From NCBI GenBank assembly GCA_030264375.1, contig JASCQW010000130.1:29370622-29433546 (forward strand): DNA of 62,925 nucleotides, read 5' to 3'. The position numbers were made by a program, and so were the translations under genes. Below the pieces are notes generated by a model. That model saw only the letters and a program-made list of their open reading frames with translations. It ran no database searches and had not been told where the DNA came from. The stretch is from Carcharhinus longimanus. Its lineage: Eukaryota. Numbering within the stretch: the first letter of the stretch is position 1; each line of letters begins with the position of its first letter. This document shows, piece after piece, positions 49,735 through 61,889 of this stretch.

Positions 49735-50704
49735 CTGCAGAAGGAATTAAACATTCCACAGGTCAGACTATTGCAATGTTTGGAACATTAGCTTACAAAT
49801 GAATAAACATACTGGTATTGGGTGAACAAGTTACACTGAGAAAAGGGTTGCCCTACTTAACTGAGATAACCAATTTTGTCCTCATACTGACTGCTTGGCT
49901 AAAATTATGAACAGGAGGAATTTATTAATTGAAATACAAACAATGATATGGTTAATGCCAATTATACCTGCCACAATCCTTTCTCAATCAAGTTTTCACT
50001 TGTTCTTTAACCTCTAGTTTTCTCCAGTTACCATTTACCCACCGAATGGAGTCAATTAATTTGTGCTACAGTTTCACAGTCAGCCTCAGTTCTTAACTGC
50101 TTCACACAGGTGGCTACTGTTTGAATCTGGACTGTTATCATGGGGCTGGTAGGTCATGTGCAGAGTTTAAAACCTGAGCCCAGCACTGTCCAAATCCAAA
50201 GTCTATGCACATGGGCTTCAGGCAGGGGCAGCTGGATCAGAGCCAGGATTGAGAACCATGGCCAGTTATTTCCCAGACTAGGCACACTCCAACTCTCGGA
50301 CACTAAATCTCATCATACTCGTACCCTGACTACGTCTGGTTAAGAATGTGAAACATTTCTGGTATATATGGCTAAGACTCAAATGGGGGAGTGCATTTAC
50401 CCTGTGAGCCACTAGGAGATGTAACTTTATTTATTTTTCAAATCATTGTTTAAATAAAGCACAATACAAGTTTAAAAAAACTAATTGTAAAAAAATTGCT
50501 GTGACGTAAAGCAGCATAGAAGTAAGACTTCAGAGTGGATTGTCTACATGAAATTAGTCATTGCTTGTAATGGAGTTTTCCAGGCAATCCAATAAAAGTC
50601 AAGGAAACAAAATGAAATGTGCAAGAGAATAAAAGATTGAACATGACTTGGTCATTTGAAATCATGCTGACTTTTTTTTATTCTAAATACATGCTGGTAC
50701 TCAC

Positions 50705-50814
50705 CATTATCAATTGCCCACATATTTCCTGCGACTGGACCCATCTGGCTCCAGCGAAATCTGGTCCCAGCGGTAAGCGCAGCATATGGTAGAGGAATGG
50801 TTATACGACTCCAC
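50705..50814 (-). CDS. RELN: Reelin exon (~exon 16), 110 nt: [36 protein letters not shown]
   Basis: gaag|G acceptor; G|gtgag donor; reelin-repeat TRFRW...WAID motif. Confidence 0.95.
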
Positions 50815-51577
50815 CTTCAACACAGGACAACACACAAGTTATCAAATGGCAGCTTCAATATTGAAAAGTTTATCAGTTTATTCATTCAGTCACTTGCAGA
50901 GTGTGAGTCCGCCCCTATCTGACTGACTGATAGTTTTGCTTTAATTTTTGATTGTTTCCCTCTGTGATTTCTAGTTGAGTAGCCAACAGCCAGCCCTCTC
51001 CCAATCCCACCCCACACCTTGCATAAACATACAGACAGCACTAACTATACCAGTGTATTCTCCTGTATGGTTCAAATGCAATATCTTTTTGTTTTGAGTG
51101 CATTCACACAAATGAACATTAAGGGAAACTGTCCATTAATTCTTCAAGACAGAAAAGTAGGATTTCACAGCAACCCTGCCCTGAAGAAGTCATACAGGCT
51201 CAAAACGTTAAGGGGGAGATGTTCCTCCCACTCCGCGGTGTGTTTCTCTTTCCACAGATGCTGCCAAACCTACCGTGCTTTCCCCAACATTTTCTGTTTT
51301 TATTTCAGATTTCCAAGTATTTTGCTTTCATAACCTTGAATTCTCTGCTGGAACTAAAAGGTCTTGGGACTAATCTCATGGGAATAAGAGGTACCCTCAA
51401 AAATATTCATGTATTCCCTTAAAAAAAGCATTGCTTTTTATAGAAAGGTTTCAAGTTGGTTGCCTTTGATAAGTTTGACTACTCAGTCTTTAAGTCATTC
51501 TGCTTTAGAATATAAATCACTAAAAGATACAACTTTTTAAAATGGAAATAACAATGGGATAGCAGTTAGATCCTTAC

Positions 51578-51706
51578 CCACTATAGTTTTCAGAAGAATA
51601 GACGGAGCTGTGGGGATGGTGTGGGCCTGAGCACAGATCAGGCAGACACTCCATGTGCAGTAGGGACCAGGAACGTCCATGATTCGTTGAAAACTCCAAG
51701 CTTATG
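51578..51706 (-). CDS. RELN: Reelin exon (~exon 15), 129 nt: [42 protein letters not shown](G), with Asp-box STNHGRSW
   Basis: ccag|C acceptor; GG|gtaag donor; absent from the ORF track, read manually from the reverse strand. Confidence 0.96.
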
Positions 51707-52176
51707 CTGGTGTCACAGAAAGAATTCAAAAAAATTGATTATCACTTGTCTTCACAAAGAATGTGAATAAAATCTGAGAGGTCTTAAAAGGCTTCAGAGC
51801 AAACTAACTGAGGGCTGACGCGAATTCGGCAGAGGGCTTCTGAAAAGTCCCAAAATTCTGGAAGGGATGGGGAATTAATCCCGAAAAGGTTGAGCTGTTT
51901 TTCTGAACAGATGAAATGGCCGAAGACATCTTTTGCAGCTAGCCCTATAGATGAAGGAATAGCAGGTCACTCTGCCGCACAAAGGCACAATGGGGGTTCT
52001 GGGAGCTTCCAACTTCAGCCACACAAATGATTCTTTCCCTGCGACAGGGTCTCCAGTTTCACACTGGGTAGATGGAGGATTGCCTCATGTTCCAGGCCTG
52101 TGTGCTTGTGCAAATTTAGGCACTGTCCTAGCTTTCTGGTGACTCCCTGGATTTTCTGAACTATAATTTGTATTCA

Positions 52177-52248
52177 TGGAGTTAAACTGATTTGAACAGA
52201 GCAGCAGGTCACTGGAGTTAAACTGATTTGAACAGAGCAGCAGGTCAC
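52177..52248 (+). repeat. Perfect 2 x 36-bp tandem duplication
   Basis: TGGAGTTAAACTGATTTGAACAGAGCAGCAGGTCAC occurs twice in tandem. Confidence 0.97.
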
Positions 52249-52650
52249 TGAAAGCACAGACTGAGTAAATTTTCAATGCCAACAGCTTCAGAAGTCTTCA
52301 TTATTACACAACTGAAGAAATTAACAATTTATCAATGAATATTTAACAGCAATGAAAAAATAGTCCCCAATGATGAAGCACAGCAGTAAAGATTCTTTAT
52401 TACTTGTAGAAATGAAAAAGAATATTATTGCTTCAGTTGTGTGCCATTTTGAAATGGGAAATTGCTCAGGAATGATGGACAAAACTCAATCCAATGACCA
52501 GTGGATTAGACCAAACAGTTTTCTGCTCTGCAGAGCTCACAGTTACAATCAGTAACACATTTACCTTTGAACCATCAGGGGAGCTGTGTGCCATTTAAGA
52601 ACTTGTGAAGCAAACTGAGAAAACATCAAGCTAATCGACTTGTTGTTTAC

Positions 52651-52859
52651 CTGTTGCCTGGTTGATGAGACCCGCAGCCCATATTGATGGAAAACTCTGC
52701 TAAATGAGATGGTGATGGTGGCATCACAGGTAGAATGTGGAAGAAGTCCACAGCCCACACATTCCTGTTCAGTCCTTGATGACTCTTCTGTTTCAAGCAG
52801 AACTTTGTGGCTGACGTCTGCAGTTCTGGAGTGATGGCAACTGAAACCAGGGTTGTTTT
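52651..52859 (-). CDS. RELN: Reelin exon (~exon 14), 209 nt: [69 protein letters not shown]
   Basis: tttacag|AAA acceptor; AG|gtaaa donor; strong similarity to human PELQTPATKFCLRQ...NVWAVDFFH. Confidence 0.96.
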
Positions 52860-54083
52860 CTGTAAACAATAAGTTAAACACGTAGTCCTCTCTTTTAATC
52901 TTTTAATTCTGCCCATAAGTGTGCAGTGAACATTCTCATGCATCTACATACACTGAAATTAGCCAAGAATGGTCATATATCAGATGTTCAGGTATGACAT
53001 AATATTAAAAATGTTGACGACTATTGAGGACTTTGGTCCATTTCTGTTGGCACTAAAAAAACTTCTGGTTTCCTCTGACAGTCCGAATGACACGCTGGTT
53101 AGCATTGGCCATGCTAAATTCTCCCTCAACCTATCGCCGGAGTGTGGCAACTGGGGGAATTATCACAGTCACTTCACTGCAGTGTTAATGTAAGCCTATT
53201 AGTGACACTAACAAATAAGCTTTTAAAAGAACTTTCACACTTCACACCCCTCTTCAGCTCAAAGAGCCTTTTGGAAATAAGTAAACATGGGACAAAAGGG
53301 GGAACTATAACCAATCTGTCTGAGTAACTCTGCAAAGTGACTGGAGGCAAGGTGACCAGAAATTGTTTTATTTACATCAAGCAGCTAAAGAAGACTCCCA
53401 GAACTTGGCTTTATACGAATGGAATATAATGCTCCTGCTTCTAAAGTAAAGTTGAGGGGAAGTAACAACTACAATTTGTAATTGCAACATAGCTTTAATA
53501 GAATAAAACATTCCAAGGTTAAGGTTAGGGTACTTCACAGGAGCATTTTCTAACAAAATATGACATCATGCCACATAAGATGACCTTAGGTCAGGTGACC
53601 AAAAGCTTGGTCATCTCATAACCCAAGATAGAATATGATATCATTACTATAACTCTGCAACTTGCTCATTCAGCTGCTGACTCTGACTGATGTAGAGAAA
53701 TCATATTTATGGGCTACAGTTAAACTAACAATGACTACATTTTTGTGATTTAGTCTCTTCATTCAGGTTGGTTCACCCAGTTGGCTGGACAGTTAGGGTG
53801 CAGTGCAGAATAAGGGCAACAACATGGGTTTGATCCCTGTACCGACTAAGGTATTTCTTGGGGCATGCCTCTTCACCTTGCCTCAGCAATATCATTAACA
53901 ACCCTCAGAGAATGAAGATGCTACATAGAGAGCGGTAATTCCTTCACTCGTCCTATTTAAAGACTGCCATATGATAAGAAAATATGTATGTATGTACACA
54001 GATAAATATTACCGAAAATTAAGTATTCTTATCACTTAACATATTGTATTTTAAGAGCATGTATCTCCTTTCTGATCTCCTTT

Positions 54084-54454
54084 GGGGAGACAGTGGCATA
54101 GTGCCATTGTCACTAAACTAGAATCAAAAAACCCAAGATGATGCTCTGGGGACCTGGGTTTGAATCCCATTAGAGCAAATGGTGAGATTTGAATTCAGTG
54201 AAAAAAAGAATTGGAATTAAAAGTCTAATGATGACCATGAAGCCATTGTCAATTGTCGCAAAAACCCATCTGGTTCACTAATGTCCTTTGGGAAAGAAAA
54301 TCTGCCATCCTTAACCAGTCCAGCCCACATGTGACTCCAGACCACAACAATGTGGTTGACTTTCAAATGCCCTCTGAAATGGAGAGCAATTAGAGATGGG
54401 CAATAAATGCTGGGCCCAACCAGCGACGCCCACAGCCTGTAAAAGTAAATAAAA
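54084..54454 (+). mobile_element. Near full-length tRNA-headed SINE, second family
   Basis: GGGGAGACAGTGGCATAGTG head, GGGTTTGAATCCC B box, tail GATGGGCAATAAATGCTGG...CCAGCGACGCCCAC followed by an A-rich end. Confidence 0.8.
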
Positions 54455-54879
54455 NNNNNNNNNNNNNNNNNNNNNNNNNNNNNNNNNNNNNNNNNNNNNN
54501 NNNNNNNNNNNNNNNNNNNNNNNNNNNNNNNNNNNNNNNNNNNNNNNNNNNNNNTCCTTTACAACCCATATTCTCTCAAGCTCTCTCTTTCAATCCCTTC
54601 AATCTTCACACAAGGCCTCAATCCTCTCTGTTCCTCTTTTCTTCACTTTTCCACCTTCGTGGAGAAGCTGACTGCCACACCACAGTGCAGATGTGGTGGT
54701 GATTGGAAATGTAGCTGAGTAGAAGCTGGGGATTGAATCTATGCCCCATCACTTGGTCACACTACCTTTCCCGTCTTCGTCTTGATTGAGCTGGGGGAAA
54801 AACTGTTAAATGAAAGTGTTTGCATCATGGTTTGATGTGTTGGGATTTAGTTCTCCATAGATGCAACAATTCTACCTAC

Positions 54880-54992
54880 CCTAAAGGATGAAAAAGGCAA
54901 CACATCCAAAACATGCTCTTTTCTACCCTCAACCACGGCATAGAGCGTGACATCGTTTTCATGTGAATCCCCTGGATTACAGGAACCAGCCC
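54880..54992 (-). CDS. RELN: Reelin exon (~exon 13), 113 nt: (G)AGSCNPGDSHENDVTLYAVVEGRKEHVLDVLPFSSFR
   Basis: tcag|GG acceptor; AGG|gtagg donor; similar to human [23 protein letters not shown]. Confidence 0.94.
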
Positions 54993-55753
54993 CTGACAGA
55001 AAGAGATAGAATATTATTTCTTGTGTAAACATGGCTAACCGGCAAACTATCTGATCACACAACTTCTAGGAATACAAAAGATAATCTAAACTACCCAGTA
55101 TTTAGTTACAGTTTTATTTGATCTGGTTCATAGACACAATTAAAATCATACTGCTCCATCAGTATAAACACAAATATTGAGGTCTGTTTGCAAAGCTACG
55201 AGCTGTCTGTCGCTGCACTGAATAAAACAGAACAGCAAGATAAGTCTAAGGAAAATCTTGCTGCACAGATGAATATTTAAAAGGGGGCTAAAGGGAGTTG
55301 GCCTCATAATTCTGTGGCCATTCCTATGTGCTCCTAACACAGAAGGAGACACTTCCAGAAAAACTGGAGGAATAAGAAAAAGATTAATCATTATTTTGTG
55401 GTTCTTTATGGGTGCAAACTTAAGGTCCTGCCTTAAACATTCTGTCTGTTTAAACATTGCCATTAATTTCCAAAAGTGGTCTAATCATCCTATGTTAAAG
55501 GATATGGATGTACAGCCCAATATTCAATTACACAGCAGTATAATTCAGGACCGTAACAATACATTTCACACAGCTTTACGTTATTTCATTCACATGTGGT
55601 CTGAACTGGACATTCAGGACGTTTTTGTATCCGCACTTCTTCAGTCTTCCCAAAAGTGACCACAAAAATATTTTATTTCAGAACAAGTGAATATACATAG
55701 CAAACATTTGTAATTAACCTCAGCCATGCTTCCTGTCTTTCCCCTTCACTCAC

Positions 55754-55905
55754 CCATGCTAAAGTAAAACCTGAGATTTCCATCGTTAGTAGTGTCCAGA
55801 AATGATGTGCAAACACTTCGCTCTTCATCTTTGAGGAACACAAGAGATGAGCCTGACTCGACCACACCACATTTGGTGCCAATGATAGCTCCTGATATTT
55901 CCCAG
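55754..55905 (-). CDS. RELN: Reelin exon (~exon 12), 152 nt: [50 protein letters not shown]
   Basis: tacag|C TGG acceptor; ATG G|gtgag donor; phase matches neighbouring exons. Confidence 0.96.
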
Positions 55906-58142
55906 CTGTAGAGAGAAAGAATGTGACAAACAGTCAACACAGCCTGTTTCTGCTTTGCACTTTAATTACAGTGGCGATAACACTTAAATCCCACTTTACT
56001 TTATAAACATCAGCAGCAAACATACTATTGTTTTAACCCCATTGAGGATGCTGAACTTTGAATAAAGTTGTCTGTTAGGCTCACTGAAAATAATTATTAG
56101 GAATGTTAAAGTAAACACACTTCTCTTAACCCCAGGGGAAGATATGAAACATTAATCTGGGGTTTAAAGGATACAATTTGTGGAATGTGACTTTGTTAAC
56201 AGTCATTTGAATGAATGAAAGAGGTATTCCTACAGAAAGTGTTTACTACAAAGTGACATTGATGATTTTCAGGAATAAATACCTGTATTAGCAAGCGAGT
56301 TTAAATGATACAGTGGGGTAGAAAGGGATTGAGTTGATGATTCTCACTGTGAAACCAAGCACTAATTGGAGATCTGGTCAGTCCAGACAAAAAACATGCA
56401 GATTACCACAGGATCACTCGTTTAAACACAAGATTCTGCCGCCGCCGCCGCCCCCCCCCCGATCTATTTAAAACCCTGACGGCAGTGGAGTCTCGGATAC
56501 ACAATCCGCAGTCATGGCTTGTATACTAATGCCAGACTGAGCACTGATAGCAACTTCTGGCATTGAGGGGATGATGGAGGTAAACAAAACAATCTCAAAT
56601 GCCAAGCACCAGAATCAAAAATTAGAAATCTTAGGAATGCACTGTGAGTTAGTTAGTGTCTAAAAGAAAAAGGCACATTTATGTTTTGGATGGGGCCATT
56701 AAACAGACACTAAGCAACAAAGAATCGGCTTTTATATAGCATCTTTCAGGTCTTTGAATAAAATAATGCTCATTCTGAACAAACAGATTGATTTAGGCCC
56801 AATATAAAAAAAATCAAAATCCATTACCTATTTGTCAATATTGTGGAGTTTTGTTTGAAATCAACAAGAATCCATTAAAATTAATGAGATGTCACTGGAA
56901 TTAAAAGGGACTTATCTGGACAGTATTCAATGAAGACAATAAATACAAGTAACTGTGAAGAAAATCTGTAACGGGGAAGATAACTCTTCGTTGGGGACAA
57001 TAATCCTAATCTCTCTCTTCATATCTTCAATAATAATTTATTCTTACACAACACGTTTCATGCAGAAAATATCCTGAGGCTCTGCAGAGAGGGGAAGCAG
57101 TCAATAAGCAGCAATAGAAGAATTACATAAATATTTCAATATAGAAACAGGCTGTAGGCCCAACTGGACCACTTTGGTGTTTATCCTCCACACAGCTAGT
57201 ACTCCAGTGTGCTCTCACTGTTTCCATATTCTTTTATTCAATTCTCTTTCAACCACTGATTCAGTCTATTCTTAAATGCTGACATTGGCAGATGAATTTT
57301 CAATTAACTGCAGAGGCATGATCAAAGAATGCCAAACTGCAATTTCCCATTGGTTGGAATGTCAGTCTTTTGCTATGGCCTCAGTTTCAGGACAGTTTCA
57401 TTCCAAGATGGCTGATGAACGATGTCGGGTGGGGGGTGATGGCTACCTGCCCGCAGGTCCATTAAAGGGTTTATTAAATCCACTCTGCTAAAGCTGACTG
57501 GAATAAAGGGCCTGCTGTTAAGGCTGTAACAAGGCTGAGAGCCCTTCCACAAAGATGACTCAGTAGTAGTGGCCTCTTTGCAATTTTATCTGTTTAAAAA
57601 GTCTTAAAAGAGCACTCCACCTTGAGGTATCCTCCTTGTTCTTGCCTCCCCTACATTGCGGCTTCTACCTCCGAGGGTGCTGATGTGTTAGTGTTGGAAG
57701 GTCTCCTACTGGCTCACCCTAGCTGCTCATTAAAAATCATGTCAGACATCAGGCACTGACACAACATGGAGTCAAGACTCAGAAATACATCCAAAGTTGG
57801 TCCTGATCCATGAACAAAAGAATCAACCCCAAGTCAACGTAGCAATCACAAACTCCAGTTGTGTATTCCACAGTCTCACAACACTGGGTGTTAAAAACAT
57901 AACAAGAACAAGAAGAAGCAATTGAAGGCACAGTTGAAGAATGAGATTTTGAGGAGGTTTTTTTAAATTTGACAATGTCCAAGAGGTCTGGGCTGAGACA
58001 GATGAAAGCTGTCATCAACTGGAGAGCAGAGGGAGAAGGGAATGTACAGGGGACTACAATCAGAAGGCTAGAACATAGAGCTGAACAAGATTGTGAGGTA
58101 GGATAAAGCATGAGTACAAAGTTAAGAAGGGTTAGAGGCCTC

Positions 58143-58545
58143 AAAGGGATACTGATAGGTTAAGTGAGTGGGCAAAGATTTATCAAATGAAGTATAGTGT
58201 GGGAAGATGTGAAATTGTCCATCTTTGCAGGGAGAGTAAAAAAGAGTATTATGCAAATGGTGAGAGATTGCAGAGCTTTGAGGTGCAGAGGGATCCGAGT
58301 GTCTTAGGGCAAATATAACAAAAGGTTAGTATGCTGGTACAGCAAATAATTAGGAAAGCTAATAGAATTTTGGTTGTTTATTGCAAGGGGAATTAAGTAT
58401 AGAAGTAGGAAGATTATGCTTCAGTTGTACAGATTAAAAGTGAGATCACATCTGCAATACTATGCACAGCATTGGTATCTTTATTTAAGGAATTATGTAA
58501 ATGTGGTGGAAGCAGTTCAGAGAAGGTTTACCAGGCTAATGCTTG
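58143..58545 (+). mobile_element. CR1-type LINE ORF2 fragment
   Basis: FIARGIKYRSRKIMLQLYRLKVRSHLQYYAQHW...EAVQRRFTRL. Confidence 0.8.
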
Positions 58546-59094
58546 AAAATAACACCTAATAGACTAACATCTTCATTCAGCCTGAAAGCATGATCCCAAC
58601 CTTTCTGTTGTGTGTTATTTTAACTCAGCATCTTGCTCTCCTGATGTGTCCGTCCTTGACCTGCTGCGATGTTCCACTGAAGTCCAATGCAATCTGGAGG
58701 AGCAGCAACTCATCTTCTGATTAGACCCGGTACAGCCCTCAGGATTCAATACTGAGTTCTACAACATTAGACTGTGACCTTTCCCCGCCATCTTAAACCC
58801 ATCTTTAAATATTTCATACATTTATTGTCTCAATGCAAAAACCATCCCCTATTCCATACCAGGCCATCTGTCTCTTATTCTTAAGGTTGCTACATCTTGT
58901 TACAATCTCTCCCAGTTACAGTATAATAACCAACGCAGTTTCCCGATTTTTAGTTCTGATTAAGAGTCAAATGGATTGGAAACTCTGTTTTCTCTCCCTA
59001 CAGACGTTGCCAGATCTGTTGAGATTTTTCTGCATTCTTTGTTTTTGTTTCAGATTCCAGCAGCCACAGTATTCTGCAGCATATCTTGTTTTAT

Positions 59095-59500
59095 GAGTAA
59101 AGTTTGGACAAGGTAGGCTTGTAGCTTTGAAGAGTAAGGAGTGACTTGATTGAAACATCTAAGATCCTGAGAGGTCTTGACAGGGTAACTGTGGAAAGGA
59201 TATTTTCCCTTCTGGGTCACTATTTAAAAATAAGGGGTCATCAATTTAAGTCAGATTTGAGGAGAGGTTTTTCTCTCAGAGGGTCATGAGTCTTTGGAAG
59301 TCTCTTCCTCAAAAGACAATTAGAAGAAGAGTCTTTAATTTTTTTTTAAGGCAAAGATACATAGATTCTTGCTAAGCAAGAGGATGAAAGATTATTGGGG
59401 TACATGAGAATGTGAAGTCTAGGTTACAATCAGGTCAGCCACAATCTTATTGAATGGCAAAGCAGACTCTAGGACCCAAATGGCCTACTCCTGTTCCTCT
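59095..59500 (+). mobile_element. CR1-type LINE 3' fragment, probably the continuation of 58143-58545 after an insertion
   Basis: TTGATTGAAACATCTAAGATCCTGAGAGGTCTTGACAGGGT...TTCTCTCAGAGGGTC...AAATGGCCTACTCCTG. Confidence 0.75.
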
Positions 59501-59544
59501 AGTACATATATGTTCATAAGGTGGAAATTAGAATTTTTTTCTTT

Positions 59545-59915
59545 ATTCTTTCATAGGATGGGGGTATCTATGGCCAGCATTTCTTGCCCATCCCTCATTA
59601 CCCCTGTATGGTATAACTTGTTAGGCCCATTTCAGAGGGCAGTGGGTCAAGAACCACATGTAGGCCTGACCGGGTAAGGATGGTGATTTCTTTTCCTAAA
59701 GCTCATTCGTGAACCAGGTGGATTTTTACAACAATCGATGATGGTTTCCTGTTCACCATTACTGAGGCCAGCTTTATATTCCAGATTTATTAATTCACTG
59801 AATTTTCAATTCCACCAGCTGCCATGGTGGGATTTGAACTCATGTTGCCAGAGCATTGGTCTGGGCCTCTGGATTACTAGTTCAATGATAATACCACTAT
59901 GCCACCATATCCCCC
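59545..59915 (-). mobile_element. tRNA-headed SINE, second family
   Basis: Homologous to the reverse complement of 54084-54454. Confidence 0.75.
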
Positions 59916-60737
59916 AAATGAAGATAAAGTAGATGATGACTATGGTTGAAACATCAGAAAATCAAGGCTTAGCATGTCCAATTGGCTACATAGGAAGGTG
60001 ACCTGCATCACTGACCATGGAGCGTGGGTCATTTGTATATATTGTACAGGAAGAAAAAAGTAACAATAATGGAAACATCTCCTCAAAATATTATTTGTAG
60101 AACAATCATGATATCCATAATTTATTCATGCAGTTACAAATAGAAAAGAGAACATTTTTTCCCTTTAAAAATATTGCAAATACTGGAAATATGAATTTTT
60201 CCCCTATGTTACACAAAGACGTTTCACAGCTACTCAGAATAAAATTGCTGAGATCTCAAATATTATGGACTCTTGTTGGGTTAACTGAAAATTGAACTCT
60301 CCAGGGAGGGTGTTGCATGCATATCCTTGAGCAGTCAATTGAATGCGGGTGAGGCACTGAGGATAGGTTCAGGGAATTAAATTCCCTGTGCTGTCAAGTG
60401 CTTTTTCTATAACAGCAACTGTACAGAAAATGTTTTGGGGAAACTCTGTAGCAGTGAACTGAGTGAAGATTATTTATTTTTCTAGTGCTCTGAAGAAAAT
60501 AACTTTGATTAATACCATTATATGTTCAGAGGGAAACAAAGAGTTAAAATATTTTTTGCCAGTGCAGCTTTTACATCCCACTACAAATATTTAATTCTTT
60601 CTCTCAGCAAATTTCTTTGACATCCAGCTGCACTTTAAATATGTATGTGTGGGGCTAATGCAACCCTTCTTTGAATCTCACTTATCCCCCAGATAGCTGT
60701 ACACATATTCAGAATACTAGAGATAACAAGCACTTAC

Positions 60738-60883
60738 CCTGCAGGCTGACTTTCAAACTCTTCCACCCACTGCGTTACAATGCCTTCGGTCCAAAGATCA
60801 ACATCCCTGGTTGTTACAAAGTTAAAATCAGTGCCCTCAGTCCCATGGAAATACATGGAGTTACCATCAGATTGACAGCTATG
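60738..60883 (-). CDS. RELN: Reelin exon (~exon 11), 146 nt: [48 protein letters not shown](G)
   Basis: cccacag|CAT acceptor after a (TC)n pyrimidine tract; GG|gtaag donor; peptide resembles human [14 protein letters not shown]...EEFESQPTG. Confidence 0.96.
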
Positions 60884-61889
60884 CTGTGGGGAGAGAGAGA
60901 GATAGAGTGCATTACAAGGACTCAGGACACTAGTTTGTAACCACAACAAAATCTGGCTTCAACAAAGAGAATTTTGAAGAGAGTTTTTCAATTATTTATT
61001 CATTATTGCCTTAAGCGTGAAGTCAAATTACAGTTAAACAACACAGCAGCTCCCCCTCAGTCAAAGTATCACCGTGATAAATAGAATATTTATTTTGATG
61101 AGTGTTTTGCAGGCTGATTATTTAAAGCAACGATAAAATGCAAATGTCTGGTTTTTATGACTACAATTGTTTTAGCAATACTCTTTAATGCTTGATTTCA
61201 GTGATTCTAAGTTTCTCATAACTGTAGTTTCTCACTTGTGGTTTCATTCTCCGTAATCTACATTAATCTCCATTTTTAATGGGGTTTTTTATATAGTGCT
61301 CTATCCACAAAATTATATACAGTAGTCGAACTAAAACCTAAATAAAATTACTGTTGTCTATTTGATCTTGTACTTTAAAGTCTCTATTTATAAAATCAAA
61401 AATTCCTGCGGCCTTTCTTATGGCTTTATTCAGTTGCTTTGCACATTCAAAGAAGCCACTCTGTTCACCCACACCCTTTAGTATCTTTCCATTGACTGTA
61501 TACTTGGTTTTCTATCCAAGATATATTATCATGTATTACTCCACACTAAATTACCACTTTTGCTTTTTTTTGCTAACCTGACTATGCCCTCCTGAAGCCT
61601 CCTAAAGCCCTGATCTTTATTTGCCTAATCTCTCAATTTAGTATCTTCAACTAATTTTGATTCTGTGTTTCTGAGATCCATATCCAAATCAGTGATCTAT
61701 CTTGAAAATAAACTGATCCCTGGAAATGCTACTTTTAACTCTCCTCCAATCCAAGCAAAATGCAATAGCTCTAACTCACAAACCAACTTTCCATCCCTGC
61801 TGCCATATTTCCTCATGTCCCACATTGCTGGACTCTTGTAATAACCTTCTTGTGAGACACCCTATCGAAAGCTGATTGGAAGTTAATGA

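Larger units (their letters stand above)
2880..60883 (-). other. RELN: Reelin gene, internal portion: 17 coding exons (~human exons 11-27); gene continues beyond the window on both sides
   Basis: Spliced translation matches recalled vertebrate reelin from HSCQSDGNS... to ...[15 protein letters not shown]. All 16 internal introns are GT-AG with compatible phases. 16 of 17 exon lengths equal the recalled human lengths. Confidence 0.98.

Noticed and set aside
51815-52030. ~70-codon stop-free frame on the + strand with some CpGs
   Set aside because: No recognisable homology or convincing gene structure.
52177-52248. 36-bp repeat of CRISPR-like length
   Set aside because: Two adjacent units with no spacer, no cas genes, and a eukaryotic intron context.
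56438-56460. (GCC)4 plus a C10 run as a CpG island or promoter
   Set aside because: Too short; a simple repeat in otherwise AT-rich intron.
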